Source of the DNA: Verrucomicrobiota bacterium
GTDB taxonomy: Bacteria > Verrucomicrobiota > Verrucomicrobiia > Limisphaerales > AAA164-E04
Length of the DNA: 64,000 nt
Assembly (NCBI GenBank): GCA_047947115.1
Contig: CP170459.1
Coordinates: forward strand, 160,001-224,000
Reading direction: 5' to 3'
Made by a program: the position numbers and the translations under genes. The notes below the pieces were generated by a model. That model had not been told where the DNA came from, did not search any database, and saw only the letters and a program-made list of their open reading frames with translations. Positions 51,628 through 62,125 of the stretch are shown one piece after another. How positions within the stretch are numbered: position 1 is the stretch's first letter; every line of letters starts with the position of its first letter.

Positions 51628-53088
51628 ATGCTTACCTTTCAATACACTGCGGTCATGCACCTCCACACGATGGCTCGAATGCTTTTCATGATTGGATTGG
51701 CAGGGATGCTGACGATGGGCAGCCCGAAAGCCGCCAGCACACGAACCCCCAATGTCATCCTGTTACTCGCGGATGACCTCGGATCGGGCGAACTTGGATT
51801 CCAAGGGAACACGGAAATCCCCACCCCACACATCGATTCCATTGCGAAGAACGGGGTCAGGTTCACACAGGCTTATGTAACGGCGCCCAATTGCAGTCCA
51901 TCGCGTGCCGGATTGCTGACGGGAAAAATCCCGACCCGTTTTGGATACGAATTCAATCCCATCGGCGCACGCAATGAAGATCCCGGGACAGGCCTGCCCG
52001 CCAAAGAAATCACCCTGGCGGAATGGCTGCATGACAGGGGTTATACAACAGGGCTCATCGGAAAATGGCATTTGGGAGGCGCTGCCGATTACCACCCGAT
52101 GCGTCACGGATTTGATGAGTTTTTTGGGTTCATGCATGAAGGGCATTACTTCGCCCCTCCCCCCTGGAAAGGCACCACCACCATGCTGCGCCGCAAGGCA
52201 CTTCCGGGAGGAGGCAAAGGTCGATGGGTGAGCGACCACCTCATTTACACCACTCATATGGGGCATAACGAACCTCACTACGATGCCAACAACCCCATCA
52301 TAAGAGGCGGACAACCTGTGGAAGAAAAAGCCTACCTCACTGATGCTTTCACCCGGGAAGGGGCCGATTTCATCAACCGCCATGCTGATAAACCCTTCTT
52401 CCTCTATTTGGCCTACAACGCCGTGCACAGCCCCTTGCAAGGCGCGGAAAAATACATGAAGAAATTTGTCCACATTGAAGACATCCACCGACGCATCTTC
52501 GCCGCCATGCTGGCCAATCTGGATGACAGCGTGGGTGGCATTTTGGAGGCGGTGCTAAAAAACGGACTGGAAGAGAACACCCTCATCGTCTTCATGAGCG
52601 ACAACGGCGGCCCCACACGCGAACTCACATCCAGCAACCGCCCTTTTCGCGGAGAAAAAGGACATATGTATGAGGGAGGTCTCCGGGTACCGATGGCCAT
52701 GCAATGGAAAGGCAAACTCCCGGAAGGGATCGATTTCAACGGACTGACCGCTTCGGTCGATCTGTTTGCAACCATCGCCCGTTTCTTTGATCAGCCTGCA
52801 CCCAAAATGGATGGTGTCAACCTGATGCCTTATCTGACTGGCACCCAAGAAGGCAACCCACACGATACCTTCTTCTGGCGACAAGGAAATAAAACCGCGA
52901 TGCGTCACGGAGCCTGGAAACTCATCAACATGAAAGGCACCATCGCCGACCCAAAATGGGAACTTTACCACCTAGGACAAGATCCCACTGAATCCAATGA
53001 TCTTTCAGGCAGCAAACAGGATGTGCTCTCCGAATTAACCAAACAATGGAAAGTCTACCAAGAGGAGATGATCCCCTCCGTTTTCTAG
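51628..53088 (+). CDS. S1 sulfatase
   Basis: PNVILLLADDLG, CSPSRAGLLTG, GKWHLG, YNAVHSP. Confidence 0.93.
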   Translation: MLTFQYTAVMHLHTMARMLFMIGLAGMLTMGSPKAASTRTPNVILLLADDLGSGELGFQGNTEIPTPHIDSIAKNGVRFTQAYVTAPNCSPSRAGLLTGKIPTRFGYEFNPIGARNEDPGTGLPAKEITLAEWLHDRGYTTGLIGKWHLGGAADYHPMRHGFDEFFGFMHEGHYFAPPPWKGTTTMLRRKALPGGGKGRWVSDHLIYTTHMGHNEPHYDANNPIIRGGQPVEEKAYLTDAFTREGADFINRHADKPFFLYLAYNAVHSPLQGAEKYMKKFVHIEDIHRRIFAAMLANLDDSVGGILEAVLKNGLEENTLIVFMSDNGGPTRELTSSNRPFRGEKGHMYEGGLRVPMAMQWKGKLPEGIDFNGLTASVDLFATIARFFDQPAPKMDGVNLMPYLTGTQEGNPHDTFFWRQGNKTAMRHGAWKLINMKGTIADPKWELYHLGQDPTESNDLSGSKQDVLSELTKQWKVYQEEMIPSVF

Positions 53089-53183
53089 GTCAGTCAGGTA
53101 ATTGAGGAGAATCTCTATCACGGTGATCTTCATCCAAATTCTAGTGAATTCGGCTACTTCTGGGAGAATGATCTTAAATTGTA

Positions 53184-53230
53184 TTTAGAATCATTCTAAG
53201 TATTGACATTAATTAAAGAGCGTTTACTTT
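53184..53230 (+). promoter_or_regulatory. 7-1-7 palindromic operator plus sigma70 promoter of the fur-suf operon
   Basis: TTAGAAT-C-ATTCTAA at 53185-53199; TTGACA at 53203-53208; TACTTT at 53225-53230. Confidence 0.75.
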
Positions 53231-53242
53231 GCGTTCAGCGAG

Positions 53243-53701
53243 ATGAAAGAAGAACAATCGTCGACACAGGAAAACAACGATTTGGCGCGCAAACTGGCTC
53301 ACAGCGGGATGCGGATGACGTCTCAGCGTGAACATGTGTATCGCACACTGCTGAACCAGACGGACCACCCCACTGCGGATGACGTATATTTACGGGCCAA
53401 GGCAGACATGCCGGAAATTTCCATCGCAACTGTTTACAATACCTTGGACGCGTTGGTGAAATGCGGCCTCATCAAGCAGGTCAACGTCGAACGCACTGCC
53501 ACGCGCTATTGTTCCAACATGAAGGAACATTGCCACTTTTTTTGCGAGGAATGCGGGAACATTCATGACGTGGATTACAAAAAAGGCAGGGACGAGTTGC
53601 CGGTGAAAATCCCCCGCAACCTGATCCCGACCCAGGTGGATATTTCCATTCGAGGGCATTGCATCAACCCACTCTCCTGTCCGAACCGATCCAAAAACTA
53701 G
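53243..53701 (+). CDS. Fur-family regulator (PerR/Irr-like)
   Basis: RMTSQR, HPTAD, SIATVYNTL, HCHFFCEECG. Confidence 0.92.
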   Translation: MKEEQSSTQENNDLARKLAHSGMRMTSQREHVYRTLLNQTDHPTADDVYLRAKADMPEISIATVYNTLDALVKCGLIKQVNVERTATRYCSNMKEHCHFFCEECGNIHDVDYKKGRDELPVKIPRNLIPTQVDISIRGHCINPLSCPNRSKN

Positions 53702-53808
53702 GCGCAAAGCACCTGGGAAGAGGAACTGACCGCATTGAGTTCAGGCTAGCCTGAGGGAAATACTCACAATCCATTTTAAAACATCCAATAAGACTTGATT
53801 CATAAGAA

Positions 53809-55257
<1,449 letters not shown>

Positions 55258-55296
55258 ACAAGAAAACCGATCCAATCACTTTAACGAATTTTTACT

Positions 55297-56070
55297 ATGT
55301 CGAATCAACCACTGTTAAGCATCAAAAACCTGCAGGCCGGCGTGGAAGGCCGTGCGATTCTCAAAGGCATCAACCTGGACATCAACGCTGGCGAAGTCCA
55401 TGCCATCATGGGCCCGAACGGCAGCGGCAAAAGCACCTTGGCTTCGGTCATTGCCGGGCGCGAAGGTTATGAGATCCTGGGCGGCGAAATCCTCTTCAAG
55501 GGCGAGGACATACTCGAAATGGGAGCGGACGAACGTGCGCACCTCGGACTTTTTCTGGCATTCCAATACCCGGTCGAAATTCCGGGCGTCAACACCACCT
55601 ACTTCCTCAAAGCCGCCATCAACGAAACACGCAAGGCAAGAGGCGAAAAGGAACTCGATGCCGTCGAGTTCCTCAAGTTCATCAAAACCAAAGCCAAACT
55701 CCTGGATTTGCCAGAGGACTTTTTGAAACGTTCCTTGAATGTCGGATTTTCCGGTGGTGAAAAGAAACGCAACGAAATCTTCCAGATGGCGGCGCTGGAA
55801 CCGGTCATGGCCGTCCTCGACGAAACCGACTCCGGTCTGGACATCGACGCGCTGAAAGTCGTTGCGAACGGCGTCAACCAACTGCGCAGCCCGGAAACTT
55901 CCCAGTTGGTCATCACCCACTATCAACGCCTGCTCGACTACATCGTGCCCGACGTGGTGCACGTGTTGCATGACGGCCGCATCATCAAGACCGGACCGAA
56001 GGAGCTGGCGCTGGAACTGGAAGACAAGGGTTACGACTGGGTCATCCAGGAAGCGGCACAACCTGCTTAA
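55297..56070 (+). CDS. sufC: Fe-S assembly ATPase SufC
   Basis: [40 protein letters not shown]. Confidence 0.98.
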   Translation: MSNQPLLSIKNLQAGVEGRAILKGINLDINAGEVHAIMGPNGSGKSTLASVIAGREGYEILGGEILFKGEDILEMGADERAHLGLFLAFQYPVEIPGVNTTYFLKAAINETRKARGEKELDAVEFLKFIKTKAKLLDLPEDFLKRSLNVGFSGGEKKRNEIFQMAALEPVMAVLDETDSGLDIDALKVVANGVNQLRSPETSQLVITHYQRLLDYIVPDVVHVLHDGRIIKTGPKELALELEDKGYDWVIQEAAQPA

Positions 56071-56094
56071 ACCAACGATCATCGCAGTTGCATC

Positions 56095-57450
56095 ATGACA
56101 GAAACCGCTCAACTCACCGAGACAGACGCCTGGTTGGAGGCATTTGAAACCCTGGAACAATCCGCGTCTCAAAGTCCCGCGTGGCTGCTGCCCCTGCGCA
56201 AGGCCGGCCTGGCCCAATTTGCAAAGACGGGGCTGCCCACTTTGAAGGACGAAGACTGGCGATTCACCAATGTGGATCCCATCCGACAATTGCAACCCAA
56301 CCCGGTCATCACACGAACCGAACTGGACGCGACGAGGCTGGATCAGGTCAACTACCCGCACAAGGACAAGGAGGCCATCCGTCTCGTGTTGCTGGACGGC
56401 CATTACCAACCTGCGCTGTCGGACCTTTCAAAGTTGCCTGACAATGTCACCATCCTTTCCCTGGCACAGGCCATCACTGAAAAAGGAGAAGCGCTGGAGA
56501 AGCATCTGGGACAATACACCTATCAAAACGATAATCCCTTTGCCGCGTTGAACACGGCTTTTTTCCAGGATGGCCTTTACATTCATCTGCCGAAAAACTG
56601 CCAGCTCGACATCCCCGTACACATCCTAAACCTGGCCGGCGCTGATGGATCGGGATCCACTTCGTTTGCGCGTTTTTTCGTGCATGCGGAAGCATTTTCC
56701 AAGTGCACGATTCTGGAAACATATCAGGCTCTGAACGATGCCGTTTATTTGTCCGCTCCCACTTCGGAATTTCTGGTGGACGATGAGGCTTTTGTCGAAC
56801 ATATCAAGGTGCAGGACGAATCCGAGGAAGCGTTTCATGTTGCCAGCATCTACGCCAACATTGGTCGCGCCGCACATTTTCATTCCCATTACCTGACCCT
56901 GGGGGGACGCATCAGCCGCAACAACATCCGAACCAAACTGGATGGTGAAGGACTCGAGGCGGTGCTGAATGGCTTATACCTTTCTGATGGCGATCAATTG
57001 TCGGATCATCACATGATCGTGGATCACGCGAAACCCCATTGCGACAGTCACGAATACTTCAACGGGATTCTGGATGACCGGGCCCGAGGGGTGTTTCATG
57101 GTCGAATCCTGGTACAACAAATCGCCCAGAAAACAGACGCCAAACAAACGAACAAGAACCTGCTGCTTTCGGACGACGCCACGGCGGACACCAAGCCGCA
57201 GCTGGAAATCTACGCCGACGACGTCAAATGCACCCACGGAGCCACCATCGGCCAGTTGGACGACGAAGCCATTTATTACCTGCGGACCCGAGGCGTGCCC
57301 AAATCGGTTGCCCAACGCATGCTCGTTCACGCCTTTGCCGGAGAGATCATCGACCGCATCGGTCATGATGAACTCCGCGAAGAATTGGATGAACTGGTCT
57401 GGCAGCACCTGGAAGATTTCACGCACTTTCAATCCGAATCGAACGACTGA
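56095..57450 (+). CDS. sufD: Fe-S assembly protein SufD
   Basis: EDWRFT, TKPQLEIYADDVKCTHGAT. Confidence 0.97.
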   Translation: MTETAQLTETDAWLEAFETLEQSASQSPAWLLPLRKAGLAQFAKTGLPTLKDEDWRFTNVDPIRQLQPNPVITRTELDATRLDQVNYPHKDKEAIRLVLLDGHYQPALSDLSKLPDNVTILSLAQAITEKGEALEKHLGQYTYQNDNPFAALNTAFFQDGLYIHLPKNCQLDIPVHILNLAGADGSGSTSFARFFVHAEAFSKCTILETYQALNDAVYLSAPTSEFLVDDEAFVEHIKVQDESEEAFHVASIYANIGRAAHFHSHYLTLGGRISRNNIRTKLDGEGLEAVLNGLYLSDGDQLSDHHMIVDHAKPHCDSHEYFNGILDDRARGVFHGRILVQQIAQKTDAKQTNKNLLLSDDATADTKPQLEIYADDVKCTHGATIGQLDDEAIYYLRTRGVPKSVAQRMLVHAFAGEIIDRIGHDELREELDELVWQHLEDFTHFQSESND

Positions 57451-57468
57451 CCCAACCCATCACTCATT

Positions 57469-58029
57469 ATGCATAGCCAGGAAACCATTGAATTGACCCG
57501 GGACGTCGAGGCAGCCATCGTACCGGCCGGAGACACCGTAACGCTTCTGAAAGGCGCCACCGCCTACCTCACGCAGGACCTCGGGGGTGCATTCACCGTG
57601 GTGGTCAACGGAAACATGTTTCGCATTCAGGGCAAAGATGCGGACGCACTCGGCAAGGAAGTGGCCGACACGCGCATACGGTCTGCTGCCGAAGGTGAAG
57701 AAGTCACCCCGGAGGCGGTCGAGACTCAGGTCTGGGAACAGATGAAAACCTGTTTTGATCCGGAAATACCGGTCAATATCGTTGATCTGGGACTGATCTA
57801 TGATTGCGCGGTAACCCCCATTGATGGAGGCAACGATTTCAAAGTGCATGTCAAAATGACCCTGACCGCCCCCGGTTGCGGCATGGGGCCGATGATCCAG
57901 CAGGACGTGCAGAACAAAGTCATGTGCATCGAAGATGTCGCGGAAGCGGATGTGGAACTCGTCTGGGAACCTCAGTGGAATCAGGGCATGATGACCGAAG
58001 CCGCGAAGTTGCAACTGGGTTTGATGTAA
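57469..58029 (+). CDS. sufT: Fe-S assembly protein SufT (DUF59)
   Basis: DPEIPVNIVDLGL, TLTAPGCGMG. Confidence 0.92.
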   Translation: MHSQETIELTRDVEAAIVPAGDTVTLLKGATAYLTQDLGGAFTVVVNGNMFRIQGKDADALGKEVADTRIRSAAEGEEVTPEAVETQVWEQMKTCFDPEIPVNIVDLGLIYDCAVTPIDGGNDFKVHVKMTLTAPGCGMGPMIQQDVQNKVMCIEDVAEADVELVWEPQWNQGMMTEAAKLQLGLM

Positions 58030-58038
58030 TACAACAGC

Positions 58039-59295
58039 GTGGAATCCACCTTGAACACAAACACGACAGACGCGTTGAGCCTGCGTACTCGAAAAGATTT
58101 CCCAATCCTTGATCAGGAAATCAACGGGCACCCCCTGATCTACTTCGACAACGCAGCAACCAGCCAGAAACCGGTTCAGGTTCTGGACGCGGTGCGTCGC
58201 TACTACGAGCACGACAACGCCAACGTACACCGGGGCATCCATGAGCTGAGCAATCGCGCAACCTTGGCTTACGAATCGGCCCGGGAACGAACAGCTCAAT
58301 TCCTTAACGCGCGCAGTTCCAAAGAAATCGTTTTCACGCGCGGCACCACGGAAGCGGTCAACCTGGTCGCCTCCTGCCTCGGACAATCCTTGAAATCCGG
58401 GGATAAGATTCTCATCACCGAAATGGAGCACCACAGCAACATGGTGCCTTGGCAATTGATCGCACAACGGACAGGGGCGGAGTTGCTTTATCTTCCGGTG
58501 AAGGACACATTCGGTGAACTTGATCTGGATCAACTGGACAACTTGCTGACACCCGATGTCAGAATCTTCAGCTTCGTTCACATTTCCAACAGCCTGGGAA
58601 CCATCAATCCCGCCAGGGTTCTGTGCGCCAAAGCCAGATCCGTCGGAGCATTAAGCTTTGTCGATGGCGCTCAAAGCGGCGGACATTATCCGGTGGACCT
58701 GCAGGATATCGACTGTGATTTCTACGCTCTGTCGGGTCACAAGATAGGAGGACCGACCGGTATCGGAGCACTGTATGCCAAGGGAGATTTGTTCAATGAA
58801 CTGCCACCTTATCACGGCGGGGGCGAAATGATTTCGGAAGTCACGTATGACAGGCCGATATTCAAAGAAGGTCCGCACAAGTTTGAAGCGGGCACACCCA
58901 ACATGTCCGGAGCGGTGGGCCTTGCCGCGGCCATGGATTACATCGATTCCATCGGCCGACAAGCCATCTACGATCACGACCGGGAACTGGCCGAATATTT
59001 TTACAACGAAATATCCAAACTGCCCGGCACGCAGGTCTACGGTCCCAAAGAAAATCGGGCAGGTCTGGTCAGCTTTCTCCTGGGAGGGATGCATGCCCAT
59101 GACCTGGTGACCCTGGCTGACCAGAAGGGAATCGCCCTGCGAGGCGGCCATCATTGCACCCAGCCGCTGATGAAAAAATTCGGAGTCACGGGAACGGCAA
59201 GAGCCAGTTTTTATTTTTACAACAACCGCCAGGAAGTCGACCGCTGCCTGGAAGTATTGGAACACATTCAAAAAAGGTTCGGCGACTTGGAATAG
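58039..59295 (+). CDS. sufS: cysteine desulfurase SufS (group II)
   Basis: YFDNAATSQKP, SGHK, RGGHHCTQP. Confidence 0.96.
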   Translation: MESTLNTNTTDALSLRTRKDFPILDQEINGHPLIYFDNAATSQKPVQVLDAVRRYYEHDNANVHRGIHELSNRATLAYESARERTAQFLNARSSKEIVFTRGTTEAVNLVASCLGQSLKSGDKILITEMEHHSNMVPWQLIAQRTGAELLYLPVKDTFGELDLDQLDNLLTPDVRIFSFVHISNSLGTINPARVLCAKARSVGALSFVDGAQSGGHYPVDLQDIDCDFYALSGHKIGGPTGIGALYAKGDLFNELPPYHGGGEMISEVTYDRPIFKEGPHKFEAGTPNMSGAVGLAAAMDYIDSIGRQAIYDHDRELAEYFYNEISKLPGTQVYGPKENRAGLVSFLLGGMHAHDLVTLADQKGIALRGGHHCTQPLMKKFGVTGTARASFYFYNNRQEVDRCLEVLEHIQKRFGDLE

Positions 59296-59344
59296 GCTGA
59301 AGCCCTGCCGGAAACATTGAAAAACCATAAATCTTGATCATCAC

Positions 59345-59905
59345 ATGAGCGACGCATCCAACATTACACCCCAATCCACCATGAAGGAGGTTTTGGAAAC
59401 CTTCCCATGGGCACAACGCGCATTGTTTCGACACTATCACATCGGCGGATGCGCCAGCTGTGCTTTTCAACCCGAGGAAACAGTGGAAGCGCTGTGCCAA
59501 CGCAATGAGAATCTGGATCCAAACGAAGTCATCGGAAAGATTCAGGAGTGCCATGATGAGGACTCCAAAGTATTGATGACCGCCATGGACGTTTCTGAAG
59601 CCCTTCAATCCGATGCCCCCTGCCGACTGGTAGACATCCGAACCAGCGAAGAATGGGATGCGGTCAAATTGGAGGGAGCCGTCCATATGTCCCAGGAATC
59701 CATGCAAATGATCCTGACCCAGTGGCCACGCGAAGATCTCCTGGTCATCTATGATCACATGGGGCGCAACAGCCTGGATGCGGCCACTTATTTTCAGGGC
59801 CAGGGATTTAAAAACGTTCGCTGCCTGGCCGGAGGCATTGACGCGTGGTCCCGCGAAGTGGACAACTCGGTGGCGCGCTATCGTTTGGAACCAGTGGAAG
59901 GTTGA
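59345..59905 (+). CDS. DUF1858-like CxxC domain fused to a rhodanese-like domain lacking the catalytic Cys
   Basis: TMKEVLETFP...IGGCASC...ETV; LVDIRTSEEW, VIYDHMGRNS, LAGGIDAW. Confidence 0.8.
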   Translation: MSDASNITPQSTMKEVLETFPWAQRALFRHYHIGGCASCAFQPEETVEALCQRNENLDPNEVIGKIQECHDEDSKVLMTAMDVSEALQSDAPCRLVDIRTSEEWDAVKLEGAVHMSQESMQMILTQWPREDLLVIYDHMGRNSLDAATYFQGQGFKNVRCLAGGIDAWSREVDNSVARYRLEPVEG

Positions 59906-59943
59906 TTTCCGGGAAATTGAGCCTACTATTTTGAAAGAGTAAC

Positions 59944-60453
59944 ATGTCAGACGCATTTCAACAAAAAGTCGAGGAAGCCATCCGCAACCCCAAGAATCTG
60001 GGCAAGATGGAAGATGCTGATTCAGTGGGCACTGTGGGAGGCGCAGGATGCGGAGACATGCTGCGTATGTGGCTGAAGTTTCGAGATCAGGACGGCAAGA
60101 AGGTCATCGACAAGGCTTCTTTCCAGTCGTTTGGATGTGAAACAGCCATTGCGGCAGCCAGCCTGGCGACGGAACTGATTCGTGGGAAGACCACCGAAGA
60201 AGCCATGTCCATGTCGGGGGCCGAACTGGCAGCTGACCTCGGTCCCCTGCCCCCGACCAAAATCCACTGCACCACCATGGTGGAGGACGCGCTACGCACG
60301 GCCATTGAATCACATCAAGGCAAAGCCTGCGAAAACCTCGAACCAAAATCACAAAGCACCCGCTCGTCGAACAGTTTGCTCGATAATATGAATGCTTCCA
60401 CAAAGGGAGGCAAGGGACTTAAAGTCGTCCTGCTGCCCCCGGAAGAAAGTTAA
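59944..60453 (+). CDS. IscU/NifU-N-type Fe-S scaffold
   Basis: NPKNLG, CGD, FGC, LPPTKIHC. Confidence 0.9.
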   Translation: MSDAFQQKVEEAIRNPKNLGKMEDADSVGTVGGAGCGDMLRMWLKFRDQDGKKVIDKASFQSFGCETAIAAASLATELIRGKTTEEAMSMSGAELAADLGPLPPTKIHCTTMVEDALRTAIESHQGKACENLEPKSQSTRSSNSLLDNMNASTKGGKGLKVVLLPPEES

Positions 60454-60475
60454 CCTTAAAAACAAAGGAATCGTT

Positions 60476-61075
60476 ATGTCCGTTATGAAAACCACTCGTC
60501 TCATCCTGCTGCTCACCTTCGTTATCGGACACATTGCCGCCTCCTCACGAGCGGAAACGATTTACCTGATCAACGGCGATCAAATCCAGGCCAAGGTCGT
60601 TTCTCTGGACAGTCAATCACTTTCACTGCACAGCGACATCCTAGGAACCCTGAGCATCCCACGCAGTAAAATTGCGCGGATTGATTTTGTCCAACTTCAG
60701 AAAACGGCTGCCAACAGGATTACGCCTCAAGGGGGTCAAGCCCCTGCAACAAGGCAAGCAGCACAACCTTCCCTGCCATCGACGATCCCTGGAATCCTGA
60801 ATGCCGGGGATCAAGACCAACTGATACAACAGGTCCAACAGCAATTGCTCACTACCGCCGGTCCAGAAGCCAATGAAATGTATCAACAACTGGTTCAGGG
60901 AGTCATGGCCGGTTCGGTCAATGTCCCCCAGTTGAAATCCATGGCACAGGATACGGTGAATCAAATTGAAGAGCTACAGGCAGAACTCGGCGAGGATGTC
61001 GGCTTTGCTTTGGATGGCTATCTCGGCATCCTCAAAGGTTTCATCCAAAAAGCTGAGCGACAGCAGTCCAGATAG
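60476..61075 (+). CDS. secreted hypothetical protein
   Basis: Signal peptide, IYLINGDQI small beta domain, helical C-terminus. Confidence 0.7.
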   Translation: MSVMKTTRLILLLTFVIGHIAASSRAETIYLINGDQIQAKVVSLDSQSLSLHSDILGTLSIPRSKIARIDFVQLQKTAANRITPQGGQAPATRQAAQPSLPSTIPGILNAGDQDQLIQQVQQQLLTTAGPEANEMYQQLVQGVMAGSVNVPQLKSMAQDTVNQIEELQAELGEDVGFALDGYLGILKGFIQKAERQQSR

Positions 61076-61150
61076 GTATCGCGTGGCGTCTCGGCGCGCA
61101 ATCCTCAGGGCTCTCATACGCTAAATAGTGCCTGACCAAAAACTAGAATG

Positions 61151-61280
61151 AGCAAGCCTACAAAGCATTTGGAATTTCCGAATGCTTTGTAGGCTTGCTG
61201 GGTATTGGAAATCATGGCGAAAGCGTGAACGGCGCTAGAAAAGAATGTCCGGACAGGATTGTCTGCCTGTCCGGACATTC
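61151..61280. repeat. two strong intergenic hairpins
   Basis: AGCAAGCCTACAAAGCATT...AATGCTTTGTAGGCTTGCT (61151-61199) and GAATGTCCGGACAGG...CCTGTCCGGACATTC (61243-61280). Confidence 0.8.
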
Positions 61281-61340
61281 ACTTTTCAGTAGAATATCCT
61301 CGGCAAACGCCTTTCAACAAACCACAATCATCGACATCCC

Positions 61341-62102
61341 ATGAATACCATCATTCGAAAGCATCAAGCATATAAACAAGTCCTTTGCATAGGGATCTTC
61401 GCATGGATCGCCGGCGGCGCCATCGTCTCCTCCTCATTGAAGGCCGGCGAAGCTGAGACAGTGCGTGCCACCATCGATGACAAGCAGCCCGGCTGGCGGG
61501 CACTCGGCAAAGACGATTTCACCAAGGTCAACAGCGCCGAGGATACATGGACATGGAAAGACGGCATCCTGCACTGCACAGGTCAGCCCATCAGCGTCCT
61601 GCGAACGGACAAACAGTATGAAAACTTCGAACTGGTCGTTGAATGGAGTCACCAAAAATCAGCCGGTAACTCCGGGGTGTTTGTGTGGGTCACGCCCGAA
61701 TCCATTAAGAACCTGACGGAAAAAGGCAAACCGGGACTCCCGGACGGCATTGAAGTGCAGATCCTCGATCATGGTTACACCGACAAAGTGAAAGCCCAGG
61801 GTGGAAAAACCGATTGGTTCGGAACCAATGGAGACGTCTTCCCTGTTCGCGTCAAGATGACGCCGTTCCCCCCTCTATCGCCGAACGGACAACGCAGTTT
61901 CCCGCGCAAACACCTGGCCAAGGGTCATGGAGAATGGAACCATTACTACATCCGCGCCATCAATGGTGAAGTCCGACTATGGGTGAACGGCGAGGAGGTC
62001 TCGGGCGGCACCGGTTGCGATCCCCGCAAAGGTTTTCTCTGCCTGGAAAGCGAAGGCTCTCCCATCATCTTCCGGAAACTGCGCATCCGCGAGCTCCCCT
62101 GA
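61341..62102 (+). CDS. DUF1080 protein
   Basis: YENFELVVEW, GNSGVF, IEVQILD, GFLCLESEG, FRKLRIREL. Confidence 0.85.
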   Translation: MNTIIRKHQAYKQVLCIGIFAWIAGGAIVSSSLKAGEAETVRATIDDKQPGWRALGKDDFTKVNSAEDTWTWKDGILHCTGQPISVLRTDKQYENFELVVEWSHQKSAGNSGVFVWVTPESIKNLTEKGKPGLPDGIEVQILDHGYTDKVKAQGGKTDWFGTNGDVFPVRVKMTPFPPLSPNGQRSFPRKHLAKGHGEWNHYYIRAINGEVRLWVNGEEVSGGTGCDPRKGFLCLESEGSPIIFRKLRIRELP

Positions 62103-62125
62103 TCTCTGAACTGTTGCCAGATAGC

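Noticed and set aside
55315..56409. Long antisense ORFs (also 10495-11604, 53890-54858, 57460-58581)
   Set aside because: They shadow conserved genes on the opposite strand and have no recognisable motifs.
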